Assembly: GCA_028279745.1 (NCBI GenBank)
Contig: JANQNC010000001.1
Span: 1,080,001-1,112,000, forward strand
Reading direction: 5' to 3'
DNA from: Candidatus Nanoarchaeia archaeon
GTDB taxonomy: Archaea; Nanobdellota; Nanobdellia; Woesearchaeales; JANQNC01
Length of the DNA: 32,000 bases
Of this stretch, positions 1 through 8,735 are shown piece after piece. Position numbers and translations under genes: made by a program. The stretch's first letter is position 1, and every line of letters starts with the position of its first letter. The notes beneath the pieces are model-generated. The model saw only the letters and a list, made by a program, of their open reading frames with translations. It did not search any database and had not been told where the DNA came from.

Positions 1-447
1 ACTAATGGAAGCTTAAATTCTGATAAGACCTACAGCTTGACTGTGGGAGATTACAAAGTCAAATCTTCAGCAGGCAACACATGGGTAGAAAGAGATGTAG
101 GAAACAAAGTTTACTACTTTTATGACCTGGGAAATAATGGATTGGATAGAGCTGTATTTGCAGAAAGCAAAGATAGAAAACCATTTCCGTCTCCTTTATT
201 CTTTGACGATCTGAAAAAGAGTAAAATGATGCTTGATAGCTTGTTAACTGCAAGTAAACCAACTAAACCATCGACAAGAACAACAAGAAGAATTTATATG
301 GTGCATCCAAACTCAACTTTGTGTTATAATTTTAAGAAGGGCACAAAAGAAAAATTGACGCCTAAAAAAAGAGAAGGGCTAAAACAGTTTTATGAATCTG
401 AAATAAAGAGGATAAGACAGTTACTTTTAAAAAGAAGTAAGAACTAA
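1..447 (+). CDS. hypothetical protein, C-terminal part. The frame is open to the left window edge, so the TTG at 37 is probably internal.
   Basis: Frame 1 has no stop from nt 1 to the TAA at 445-447. No family motif recognised. Lys/Arg-rich C-terminal tail. Confidence 0.45.
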   Translation, partial: TNGSLNSDKTYSLTVGDYKVKSSAGNTWVERDVGNKVYYFYDLGNNGLDRAVFAESKDRKPFPSPLFFDDLKKSKMMLDSLLTASKPTKPSTRTTRRIYMVHPNSTLCYNFKKGTKEKLTPKKREGLKQFYESEIKRIRQLLLKRSKN

Positions 448-455
448 TTCTAATA

Positions 456-800
456 ATGGCATACAAACAAGTGATAATAGTAAGACAAGACTTGAAATTA
501 CCAAAAGGAAAGATGGCAACTCAGGCTGCACATGCTTCAGTAGATGCAGTTATGAAAACATCAAAAGACATAGTCCAAGCATGGAAACAAGAAGGTATGA
601 AGAAGGTGGTAGTTAAAGTAAAAGATCTTTCTGAACTAGTTAGGTATGAGAATATTGCACGTGATGAGAAAGTTAAGTTTGCAATTATAACTGATGCGGG
701 CAAGACAACGGTGGAGCCAGGCACAGTAACGTGTATGGCGATAGGGCCTGATGAAGAGGATAAGATAGACAAGGTGACGGGACAGTTGCCTTTGATGTAA
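456..800 (+). CDS. pth2: peptidyl-tRNA hydrolase, archaeal/eukaryotic type (PTH2 family)
   Basis: The 114-aa product starts MAYKQVIIVRQDLKLPKGKMATQAAHASV, the conserved PTH2 core, followed by ITDAGKT..EPGT. Size is typical. Confidence 0.9.
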   Translation: MAYKQVIIVRQDLKLPKGKMATQAAHASVDAVMKTSKDIVQAWKQEGMKKVVVKVKDLSELVRYENIARDEKVKFAIITDAGKTTVEPGTVTCMAIGPDEEDKIDKVTGQLPLM

Positions 801-986
801 TTCTTATGTTTTTTGATTATTTTGGTGTTTAATGGTGTCAATTTGTAGTATAGGCACTCGCAGCGCTCGTGCTTTGTGATAAATGGGTCAAAATTTGCTT
901 ATTTCGCCAGAAAGAAACATTTAAATACTAATTCTCACTAAAAGAGGTTTAATAAAGCTTATTAATCAAAAAGGAGGTTTATGATA

Positions 987-1196
987 ATGGCATCAAAAAA
1001 AATACTGCCTTTAGCAGCAATGGAAAAGGTGATGAAAGCATCTGGTGCAGATAGAGTTTCAGAGGAAGCAAAAGTTGCTCTAAAAGAAGTTCTGGAAGAC
1101 ATCGGTGGTGAGATAGCTGAAAGAGCTGTAACATTGGCAATGCACTCGGGAAGAAAAACGGTTAAGTCTGCAGATATTAAGTTAGCTGCTAAATAA
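987..1196 (+). CDS. archaeal histone (HMf-like histone fold)
   Basis: 69-aa histone-fold pattern: LPLAAMEKVMK..RVSEEAK..LEDIGGEIAERAVTLAMHSGRKTVKSADIKLA. GGAGG at 973-977 lies 9 nt before ATG 987; the listed ATG 981 is only 3 nt from it. Confidence 0.85.
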   Translation: MASKKILPLAAMEKVMKASGADRVSEEAKVALKEVLEDIGGEIAERAVTLAMHSGRKTVKSADIKLAAK

Positions 1197-1202
1197 AATT
1201 TA

Positions 1203-1222
1203 TTTTTTTTATCAAACTTTTT
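1203..1222 (+). terminator. oligo-T tract (T8, then T5) after the histone gene
   Basis: T8 at 1203-1210 sits 7 nt after the stop codon. Oligo-T runs are the usual archaeal intrinsic termination signal. Confidence 0.4.
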
Positions 1223-1229
1223 CTAAATT

Positions 1230-1499
1230 TTAGAATTTGATCTCAAAAGTCTTAGACTCAATAGGATTAATATCTTCAACATTGACACGAATGACTCTAG
1301 CATGAACTGGGCCTCGATGACAGTAATCAATCAGTTCAGTAATTTCTCGCTCGGTGCCTTGAGCAACAACCTCAACATCACCATTCTCTAAATTCTTAAC
1401 ATAACCTCTGACGGTTGTAGGAAGCAAATGCTTTCTGACGCCAGACCTAAAGAAAACACCCTGAACATCTCCTTGAACAGTAATCTTGACGGTTCTCAT
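1230..1499 (-). CDS. acyP: acylphosphatase
   Basis: 89 aa. Has the phosphate-binding loop V-x-G-x-VQGV-FR (VQGDVQGVFFRSGV) and the GYVKNLENGDVEV motif of the acylphosphatase fold. Confidence 0.85.
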   Translation of the reverse strand: MRTVKITVQGDVQGVFFRSGVRKHLLPTTVRGYVKNLENGDVEVVAQGTEREITELIDYCHRGPVHARVIRVNVEDINPIESKTFEIKF

Positions 1500-2350
1500 T
1501 TTTTATATTTCTTGAATAGCCATTCCATGTACATAAAGAAGAATACTCCTGCAATTGCTCTAACTGTTGCGGGAACTGAAGCAGCAGGGCTAAGTACTGC
1601 TAAAGTTATAACCACGGAAAGGCTTCCGTTTTTTAGAGCAGAAAACAAAACAAAATCAGGACGTTCATGTCTATTCTTTATTGCGAAAAATGCAATGGTG
1701 GGAACAACAAAAACTGAAATCAAAGTCAGGATTATCAGATTGCTAAGTCCTGCAATATCAGTCAGAGAATCTCGGTTAACCGAAATGATTATGTAAAACA
1801 TAACCAAGAATAAAATGTTAATAAAAAGTTGAGAATGTTTTGCAATGTGATGTTTTCTTAACCACCTGGACAGTATGAATGGAATAAACAAAAGCAAGAT
1901 AAGATCTTTTGCAATGGTCATAACACTAACAAATTCTTTGGTTATCAAATAGATGCAAAGGGGAACAATAATTATCGCTAAAAAGTAAGATATAACTTCA
2001 GCAGCCATCGCTTCTCTTAAATTTCCTTTGAAAATAGTCGTCCAAGGAATTATTGCAACGGCAGGAGGCATCACAGCAATTATGAATAAACCTTTTTGAA
2101 ACTCTGAGTTTTTGATCAACAAAAGTGTCAAAGCTATTATCAACGCGCCAACCAAGTAGCTGATCAAAACCAACCAACCAACAGATTTTTTCTCATGCTT
2201 TGAAAGACTGTGAATCTTAAGCCTTGTAAGTGAGAAACAAAGAATTGTGAAAAGTATAGGATACAGAAGGAATTTTAGGTTAACAGGAAATAATAAACCA
2301 GATACTACTCCTATAAGCATGTAAAACCAAGTTTCATTAAGTAATCTCAT
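1496..2350 (-). CDS. multi-pass membrane permease, bile-acid/Na+ symporter (BASS/SBF)-like
   Basis: 284 aa with about 9-10 hydrophobic helices and a general resemblance to SBF-like permeases. The ATGA stop/start overlap with acyP (1496-1499) suggests co-transcription. Confidence 0.45.
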   Translation of the reverse strand: MRLLNETWFYMLIGVVSGLLFPVNLKFLLYPILFTILCFSLTRLKIHSLSKHEKKSVGWLVLISYLVGALIIALTLLLIKNSEFQKGLFIIAVMPPAVAIIPWTTIFKGNLREAMAAEVISYFLAIIIVPLCIYLITKEFVSVMTIAKDLILLLFIPFILSRWLRKHHIAKHSQLFINILFLVMFYIIISVNRDSLTDIAGLSNLIILTLISVFVVPTIAFFAIKNRHERPDFVLFSALKNGSLSVVITLAVLSPAASVPATVRAIAGVFFFMYMEWLFKKYKK

Positions 2351-2393
2351 AATATTAAATATTGAGATAACGATTTAAAAAGTTATCTTTTAA

Positions 2394-3977
2394 ATGGGCA
2401 AGGAAAACCTTTATAAAAGACAATACAATCATAAAACAACCATGGAAGAAGAAAATAGATTAGTACAAGAGAAAATAAGGAAGCTAAACGAGCTGAAAGA
2501 GTTAGATGTAAATCCGTACCCTTATTCTTATGATAAAACACACAATTCTGCAGAAATCAAACAGAAACATGATGGTTTGGCTGCAGAAGAAAAAACAGAA
2601 GACAAAGTAAAAGTTGCAGGAAGAATAATGCAGATGCGAAACATGGGAAAAGCAGCATTTGTACACATACAAGATGAAACAGGAAAAATTCAACTTTACT
2701 TCAGAAAAGATGACATAGGCGAAAAATATAAACTTCTAAAAAAAGTTGATATAGGAGACATTGTTGGTGTTGAGGGAACAGTATTCAAAACAAAAACAGG
2801 AGAGGTATCTGTGTATGTATCGGATTACGATATACTGTGTAAAAGCATACAAACACTGCCTGAGAAATTCCACGGGTTAAAGGATGATGAATTAAGATAC
2901 AGAAAAAGAGAGCTAGACCTAATAATGAATCCCGAAGTAAAAGAGATATTCGTGAAGAGAGCTAAGATCCTAAAATATATCAGAGAGTTCCTGGATGAAA
3001 AAGGATTCATAGAGATGACAACACCAATACTACAAACACAGTACGGTGGAGCAAACGCAAGACCGTTCGAAACAAAAATAAACGCATGGAACATGCCAAT
3101 GTATCTAAAGATTTCACCAGAGCTATTCTTGAAAAGATTGATGGTTGGCGGATTTGAAAAAATATACGATATGAATTACAACTTCAGAAATGAAGGGGTA
3201 GATAAAACACACAATCCTGAGTTCTATATGATAGAATATTACTGGGCATACGCAGACAGAGAAAAGATTATGGAACTAACTGAAGAGTTGTGGGAGTATG
3301 TTGCTCTGAAAGTTAACGGAGTAACTCATGTTGAGAGAGAGGGGGTAAAAATAGACTTCAAAAGACCTTGGAACCAAATCAAAATGGCAGATGCCATAAA
3401 AGAACACATAAACGCTGACTTGTCAAACATGACAGATGAGGAAATACAAGACATAATGAGAGGATACAATGTAGAGTATGAAGGAGATTTCAACAGAGGA
3501 ACAGCAATGGCATTACTGTTTGAAGAATTATGTGAAGATAAACTAATACAACCAACACATGTATTAGATCACCCGATAGAATCAACACCATTATGCAAGC
3601 CAACAAAATACGATCCAAAATTGGTAGAGAGAACAGAATTTTACGTAAACGGATGGGAATGTGGAAACGGTTATTCTGAATTAAATGATCCAATCCTGCA
3701 AAGGCAGCTGTTAGAACAACAGGCAGAACAGCTAAGAGCAGGAGCAGAAGAAGCACACCCGATGGATGAAGCATTCGTAAATGCAATAGAGACAGGAATG
3801 CCTCCAGCAGGAGGGTTAGGTTTCGGAGTGGATAGAATGGTAATACTGCTGACTGGAGCAGACTCGATAAGAGATGTGATACCATTCCCAACAATGAAAC
3901 CTGAACAGCAAAACAAAGAAACAAAAAACACACAGAAATCAAAGATTTCTGGCGCCACTGACGTGGAGAAGAGGTAA
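2394..3977 (+). CDS. lysS: lysyl-tRNA synthetase, class II
   Basis: N-terminal OB domain (NPYPYSY.., GRIM..R..GKAAFVHIQD). Class II motifs FRNEGVDKTHNPEF, TEFYVNGWECGNGYSELNDP and GGLGFGVDRMVILLTG. The start could also be ATG 2442 (M17). Confidence 0.9.
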   Translation: MGKENLYKRQYNHKTTMEEENRLVQEKIRKLNELKELDVNPYPYSYDKTHNSAEIKQKHDGLAAEEKTEDKVKVAGRIMQMRNMGKAAFVHIQDETGKIQLYFRKDDIGEKYKLLKKVDIGDIVGVEGTVFKTKTGEVSVYVSDYDILCKSIQTLPEKFHGLKDDELRYRKRELDLIMNPEVKEIFVKRAKILKYIREFLDEKGFIEMTTPILQTQYGGANARPFETKINAWNMPMYLKISPELFLKRLMVGGFEKIYDMNYNFRNEGVDKTHNPEFYMIEYYWAYADREKIMELTEELWEYVALKVNGVTHVEREGVKIDFKRPWNQIKMADAIKEHINADLSNMTDEEIQDIMRGYNVEYEGDFNRGTAMALLFEELCEDKLIQPTHVLDHPIESTPLCKPTKYDPKLVERTEFYVNGWECGNGYSELNDPILQRQLLEQQAEQLRAGAEEAHPMDEAFVNAIETGMPPAGGLGFGVDRMVILLTGADSIRDVIPFPTMKPEQQNKETKNTQKSKISGATDVEKR

Positions 3978-3983
3978 ACAAAA

Positions 3984-4418
3984 ATGCTTGATAAACTAAT
4001 GAAGGCACTAAAAAGAGACATAACCAAAGAAATCAAAAAAGAGATAGAAAAAGAAGAAAAGAAAATATTAGGATTAGTTGAACTGGTAAAAATAAAAGAT
4101 GTCGGAAGATGGAAAACTATCATGGCTAGGATAGACACGGGTGCAGAAATATCAAGCATGGATGAAAAATTAGCAAAAAAACTAAAATTAAAACCGACAG
4201 GAAAGCATAAGATAATCAAGTCAGCATCAGGAGTGACAAAAAGACCGCTTCTAAAAGGAAGAATCAAGATAAGAGAACAAGAATTTGACACAGAAGTAAC
4301 GATCGCAGACAGATCAAGACTAAGATATCAAATCTTGATAGGACAAAACACGCTAAAACAAGGAGAATTCTTAATAGATCCAAAAATAAACATAGAACGA
4401 AGAAAAGGCAGAAGGTGA
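3984..4418 (+). CDS. retropepsin-like 'ATP-dependent zinc protease' domain protein (DUF785 / pfam05618 type, RimB-like)
   Basis: 144 aa. ARIDTGAEISS (D-T-G signature) and RYQILIGQNTL..FLIDP are typical of the family usually found next to or fused with rimK. It sits 4 nt upstream of the RimK gene. Confidence 0.65.
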   Translation: MLDKLMKALKRDITKEIKKEIEKEEKKILGLVELVKIKDVGRWKTIMARIDTGAEISSMDEKLAKKLKLKPTGKHKIIKSASGVTKRPLLKGRIKIREQEFDTEVTIADRSRLRYQILIGQNTLKQGEFLIDPKINIERRKGRR

Positions 4419-4422
4419 GATA

Positions 4423-5508
4423 ATGAAAGCAGCAGTAATATCCCTAAAAGGAAAAAGCTCAAGACAAATTGCAGAGGAGATGAGAAAATACTTTGATGAG
4501 GTAGAAGAACTAGATATAAGAGAAATCGAAGTATTACTAGAATCAAAAAAGATGCAGGTTCTTTACAATGGAGAACCAGTAAAAGGATATGACTGTGTGT
4601 TAGTAAGAGGTTCATTCAGATATGCAGCAATACTAACATCATTAACAACAATACTGCAACAAGACACATACATGCCGATAAGAGCAGACGCAATAACCGT
4701 ATGCCATGACAAATTCTTAACACAACTAAAACTACAAGAGCATGGAATACCGATGCCGTCAGTATACATGGCACCAACAGCAGACGCGGTAAGGGCGTTG
4801 TTGGAGAAGTTACCATACCCAGTAGTCATGAAACTACCACACGGAACACAAGGAAAAGGAGTGATGTTTGCAGACTCTTATGCTTCAGCATCATCACTAA
4901 TAGATGCTTTATCAGCATTACAACAATCATTCATAATCCAAGACTATGTTGAAACAGGCGGAAAAGACATAAGAGCAATAGTTGTAGGGGAAAAAGTTGT
5001 TGCTTCAATGATGAGAAAATCATTAAAACAAGAAGCAAGAGCAAACTTACATGCAGGTGGAGTTGGGCAGCCAGTAACATTAAGCGCGAAAGCACAACAG
5101 TTAGCAGTAAAGACTGCAAGAGCAATCGGAGCAGAGATATGCGGAGTAGATATACTTGAAGGGCCTGTGGGGCCTACAGTGATAGAAGTTAATGTAAGTC
5201 CAGGTTTAGCAAGAACTGGAGAAGCAGTAGGAATAAACATCTCAGACAAAGTAGCAAAATACCTATACGAAAGAACAAAAGAGATCAAAAAAGGAGAGAC
5301 AGCGATAGGCGCACAAGAAGTTCTTCAAGAGATAGAGATGGAACAAAAGGAAAACATCAAAGACTTTATGACCACATTAGACTTCAGGGGCAGCAGGATA
5401 TTGCTGCCAGAGTTCGTAACAAAAATCTCTGGGTTTGACAGCGAAGAAGAAGTGATAATGAACGCGGACAAAGGAAAAGTGCTTATAAAAAAATCAGATG
5501 TCCAATAA
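4423..5508 (+). CDS. rimK: RimK-family ATP-grasp ligase (alpha-L-glutamate ligase-like) with a C-terminal AbrB/SpoVT-like extension
   Basis: ATP-grasp motifs: YPVVMKLPHGTQGKGVMF, IIQDYVE..G.DIRAIVVG, RANLHAGG, GVDILE..GPTVIEVNVSPG. The extra ~60-aa tail TLDFRGSRILLPEFVTKISGFDSEEEVIMNADKGKVLIKK looks like a swapped-hairpin AbrB domain. Confidence 0.8.
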   Translation: MKAAVISLKGKSSRQIAEEMRKYFDEVEELDIREIEVLLESKKMQVLYNGEPVKGYDCVLVRGSFRYAAILTSLTTILQQDTYMPIRADAITVCHDKFLTQLKLQEHGIPMPSVYMAPTADAVRALLEKLPYPVVMKLPHGTQGKGVMFADSYASASSLIDALSALQQSFIIQDYVETGGKDIRAIVVGEKVVASMMRKSLKQEARANLHAGGVGQPVTLSAKAQQLAVKTARAIGAEICGVDILEGPVGPTVIEVNVSPGLARTGEAVGINISDKVAKYLYERTKEIKKGETAIGAQEVLQEIEMEQKENIKDFMTTLDFRGSRILLPEFVTKISGFDSEEEVIMNADKGKVLIKKSDVQ

Positions 5509-5517
5509 ATTTTATTC

Positions 5518-5525
5518 TTTTTTTT
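5518..5525 (+). terminator. oligo-T (T8) after rimK
   Basis: T8 lies 10 nt after the TAA at 5506-5508. Confidence 0.4.
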
Positions 5526-5542
5526 AAACCTCATAACAAAAC

Positions 5543-5553
5543 TTATAAACAAC
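5543..5553 (+). promoter_or_regulatory. TATA box (TTATAAACAAC) for rad50; the transcript is probably leaderless
   Basis: TTATAAA ends 22 nt upstream of ATG 5572 and no Shine-Dalgarno sequence is present. The same TTATAAACAA motif recurs at 10501 and 19673. Confidence 0.45.
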
Positions 5554-5571
5554 CGATAAAATAAATAAGAT

Positions 5572-8037
5572 ATGATTCTAGAATCCATCAAGATACAAAA
5601 CATAAGAAGTTATGTGGACGAAGAAATAAAGTTTCCAAAAGGGTCCACACTGCTTGCAGGAGACATAGGCACAGGAAAATCAACAATACTTCTAGCAATC
5701 GAATTTGCACTATTTGGAACAGCAAAAGGGCAACTATCTGGGGATTCACTTTTGAGAAAAGGATCTAGTGAAGGAAGCGTAGAGCTTACCTTTAGATTAA
5801 ATGGAGAACAAGTAACAATAAAGAGAGCGCTGAAAAGAAGAAACGAAACGATAAGCCAGACAGCAGGACACATAATAAACCGAGGAACAAAAAAAGAAGG
5901 CACAGCGGTAGAGCTAAAAGCACAGATGCTAAACCTATTGGGCTATCCAAAAGATATGCTGACCAAAAAAAATGATCTTTACAGGTACACAGTATATACC
6001 CCTCAAGAGGCAATGAAGCACATACTATATGACAGCGCAGAACAAAGACAAGACACACTAAGAAGAATATTTGGGATAGATAAGTACAAGAACATACGGG
6101 AAAACACAATAGTATTCTTGAGATTTCTAAAAGAAAAACAAAAAGAGCTAGAGATACGGTTGGAAACATTGCAAGACAACAAAGAGTTGAAGAACAAGCT
6201 GGATGTTGATTGTAACAGAATAAAAAAAGAACTTGAACTGAATTCAGAAGAGCAGGATAAACTACAGAAAGAGCTAAGAGAGGTAAGAAAAGAGCTAAAA
6301 GATGTAGAAAAGAAAACAAAAAAACTTCAAGATTACAAAAAAGAGTTTAACATGCAAGAAGATATACTAAAAGAAAAACTACAACAGATAACAAAAAACA
6401 GAGAAGGCATAATCGAGATAGAAAGTAAGATAAAAGAATTAGAGGAAAAGAAATCAAATACGATCGTAGAAGAACTAAAGAAAGAAGATAGAGAGATAGA
6501 GAAAGAGATCTTTCAGATACAAAAAGAGATAGACGTGTTTAAGCAAGAGAAAAACAGGGTTGAAGAGAAACTAAACCATCTTGAAGAAGAAGAGGTAAGG
6601 CTAAAGAAAGAGATCCAGACAAAAAATGAACAGACTTTGGGAATATTAGACAAAAGAGCAGAAATGTTAGCGATAGAACAAGAGCTAAAAAACAATCTTG
6701 GGGTTAAAACTAAACTAGAAGAAGAAAGCAAAAACCTACAGGAGCTGATCCTTGGTTTAAGCAAGCTAAAGACTGAAGAAGAACAGTCAAGAAAGATAAT
6801 AAAAGATGTAAAAAATCTAGAACACTGCCCTCAATGTAGGCAAGAAGTTAATGAAGGACACAGAACAAAAATTCTAGACGAAGAAAATCTGAAGTTAAAC
6901 GAAGTAGAGAATAGGATCATAAAACTAGATTCCTTAAAGAGAGAAAAACAGAAAACAATAGACGATCTTAACAAGAAGATAAATCTTGTGGAAGAAAAAG
7001 AAAAAGAGAAACTGACTGTGGGCGCAGACATAAAAAGACAAGAAGAGATAGTTGAAGAGATAGTTAAGCTAAGAACACAGCTTTCTGAAGTATCCCAGAA
7101 AATTAAAGATGGATATGATAGTAAAATGGGTGAGAGCAAACTAAAATCTCATGAAGATAAACTAATCAAGCTCAATCTTGAATTAAAAAATGTGCAGAAA
7201 CAAAAACTGATGCAGAAAGAAAAACAACACCTAGGCGAGCTGATAAAAGAAAAATCAAAAACAAAAAACAAACTTGAAGATTCCAACCAAGAAACAAAAA
7301 AACAAATAGGCTCTATCAACCTGAAGAAAAAAGAGTTACAAGAAAACATAGATTCCATGAAAGAGATAGAACAAGAATACCTCAAGATCGAGGGGAAAGA
7401 GAAACAGAAAGAAGAAAAAGAGAAACAACTAGAAGCGCAAAAAGCAAGCATGAAAAAAGAGTTGATGCTTTTAGAAGAACAACTTAACAGACTTCATGTA
7501 GAAATACTAAACCAAGAAAAACACAAAAAAGAAAAAATGAGGTTTATGAAGATACAGGACTGGTTGTCAAGCAACTTTAACCCATTGACGACAGTGATAG
7601 AAAAACATGTGATGACGCACATACATAAAGAGTTTGACAACAGCTTCAAACAATGGTTTGATATCTTGGTAGATGATGATAACCTATCGATAAGGTTAGA
7701 TGAAGAATTTTCGCCAGTGATAATACAAAACAGCTACGAAACAGATGTGGAAAACTTATCTGGTGGAGAAAAAACATCAGCAGCATTAGCATATAGGTTA
7801 GCTTTAAACAAAGTAATCAACCACGCAATAGAAACAATAAGAACAAAAGATCTGATAATACTGGATGAACCAACAGACGGGTTTAGCATGGAACAGTTAG
7901 ATAATGTAAGAAACGTTCTTGATGAACTGAGTTTGAATCAGATAATAATAGTGAGTCATGAGAATAAAATAGAAAGTTTCGTAGATAACATAATAAGAGT
8001 GGGTAAAGAAGACCACATAAGCAGAGTGTTATCTTGA
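5572..8037 (+). CDS. rad50: Rad50-type SMC-like ATPase with zinc hook
   Basis: N-terminal Walker A (LLAGDIGTGKSTILLAIEFALFG). Long Lys/Glu coiled coil with a central CPQC hook (nt 6826-6837). C-terminal signature LSGGEKT and Walker B LIILDEPTDG. Confidence 0.85.
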   Translation: MILESIKIQNIRSYVDEEIKFPKGSTLLAGDIGTGKSTILLAIEFALFGTAKGQLSGDSLLRKGSSEGSVELTFRLNGEQVTIKRALKRRNETISQTAGHIINRGTKKEGTAVELKAQMLNLLGYPKDMLTKKNDLYRYTVYTPQEAMKHILYDSAEQRQDTLRRIFGIDKYKNIRENTIVFLRFLKEKQKELEIRLETLQDNKELKNKLDVDCNRIKKELELNSEEQDKLQKELREVRKELKDVEKKTKKLQDYKKEFNMQEDILKEKLQQITKNREGIIEIESKIKELEEKKSNTIVEELKKEDREIEKEIFQIQKEIDVFKQEKNRVEEKLNHLEEEEVRLKKEIQTKNEQTLGILDKRAEMLAIEQELKNNLGVKTKLEEESKNLQELILGLSKLKTEEEQSRKIIKDVKNLEHCPQCRQEVNEGHRTKILDEENLKLNEVENRIIKLDSLKREKQKTIDDLNKKINLVEEKEKEKLTVGADIKRQEEIVEEIVKLRTQLSEVSQKIKDGYDSKMGESKLKSHEDKLIKLNLELKNVQKQKLMQKEKQHLGELIKEKSKTKNKLEDSNQETKKQIGSINLKKKELQENIDSMKEIEQEYLKIEGKEKQKEEKEKQLEAQKASMKKELMLLEEQLNRLHVEILNQEKHKKEKMRFMKIQDWLSSNFNPLTTVIEKHVMTHIHKEFDNSFKQWFDILVDDDNLSIRLDEEFSPVIIQNSYETDVENLSGGEKTSAALAYRLALNKVINHAIETIRTKDLIILDEPTDGFSMEQLDNVRNVLDELSLNQIIIVSHENKIESFVDNIIRVGKEDHISRVLS

Positions 8038-8592
8038 TCTTCTCTTTTTCTTAACTAAAAGTGATAAGGATACTGACAGACCAATTATAGAAGCTATAAG
8101 CATAACTGTAAATAAAGGTTTAAATCCGTAAGTGTTAGCGATAAAACCACCTGCTGCAGCCGCAACTGCTGTAACAATCCACTGCATACTCTCCCACAAC
8201 CCCCATTCAGAAACAAACCTGCCTTTATCTAAATGTTTGGAGTATAATCCATCATATGCGGGAGTTCCAATGGCTTCACCAACACCAAAAACTATCTGCA
8301 CGATGAACAAGTGCCAAGGTTCTCTTATGAGAAGAAGACCAAAATAACCAATACAACTTAGTACGTAACCTGCGATAATTAATTTTTCTTGATGTTTAAC
8401 ATGGTCTTCCCATTTACTTATGAAAAAGATCAGGATTCCTGCAGAGATAGAAAATACAGCATAAGCAGTACCTGCTGTCAATAAGTCTCCACCTATCTCT
8501 TTAACAAAAACCGCATAAACAGGACCAAACAATCCACCCGCTAAAAGAAACAGAGCAGCAGTTGAAAGTAATATTTTAAGTTCTCTTTGCAT
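8029..8592 (-). CDS. half-size (6-helix) MFS-type transporter
   Basis: 187 aa with six hydrophobic helices. The sequence resembles the C-terminal half of MFS_1 transporters. Its own TATA (GTATAAAAATAG on the minus strand, ~8612-8623) sits ~22 nt upstream of the ATG. Confidence 0.5.
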   Translation of the reverse strand: MQRELKILLSTAALFLLAGGLFGPVYAVFVKEIGGDLLTAGTAYAVFSISAGILIFFISKWEDHVKHQEKLIIAGYVLSCIGYFGLLLIREPWHLFIVQIVFGVGEAIGTPAYDGLYSKHLDKGRFVSEWGLWESMQWIVTAVAAAAGGFIANTYGFKPLFTVMLIASIIGLSVSLSLLVKKKRRSR

Positions 8593-8735
8593 AATAAAAA
8601 ACTAATTTTTTCTATTTTTATACCTTTCTATTAAAGAAACCTTTAAATAGTAGAACTCTTATAATTTTTATAACAAAAAGGTGTGAAACACGGTCACTAA
8701 GCGTTCCCGTGTCTTAAAAATCGGAGATTTTCAAG

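Noticed and set aside
854-872. Isolated GC-rich 19-mer GCACTCGCAGCGCTCGTGC in the otherwise AT-rich pth2-histone spacer, considered as a tRNA half, sRNA or operator.
   Set aside because: It is only a weak palindrome (6 of 9 positions pair), has no tRNA-like D or T motifs, and has no second copy in the window. The evidence is too thin to call.
1428-1796. Plus-strand 122-aa ORF.
   Set aside because: It is antisense to the acyP/permease operon, and both minus-strand genes have better coding signals.
3490-4291. Long minus-strand ORFs (3490-4008 and 3671-4291) antisense to lysS and the DUF785 gene.
   Set aside because: They lie entirely inside strongly recognisable plus-strand genes, and their translations are low-complexity Ser/Phe/Leu/Ile-rich. 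This is the expected artefact of reading an A-rich coding strand in reverse.
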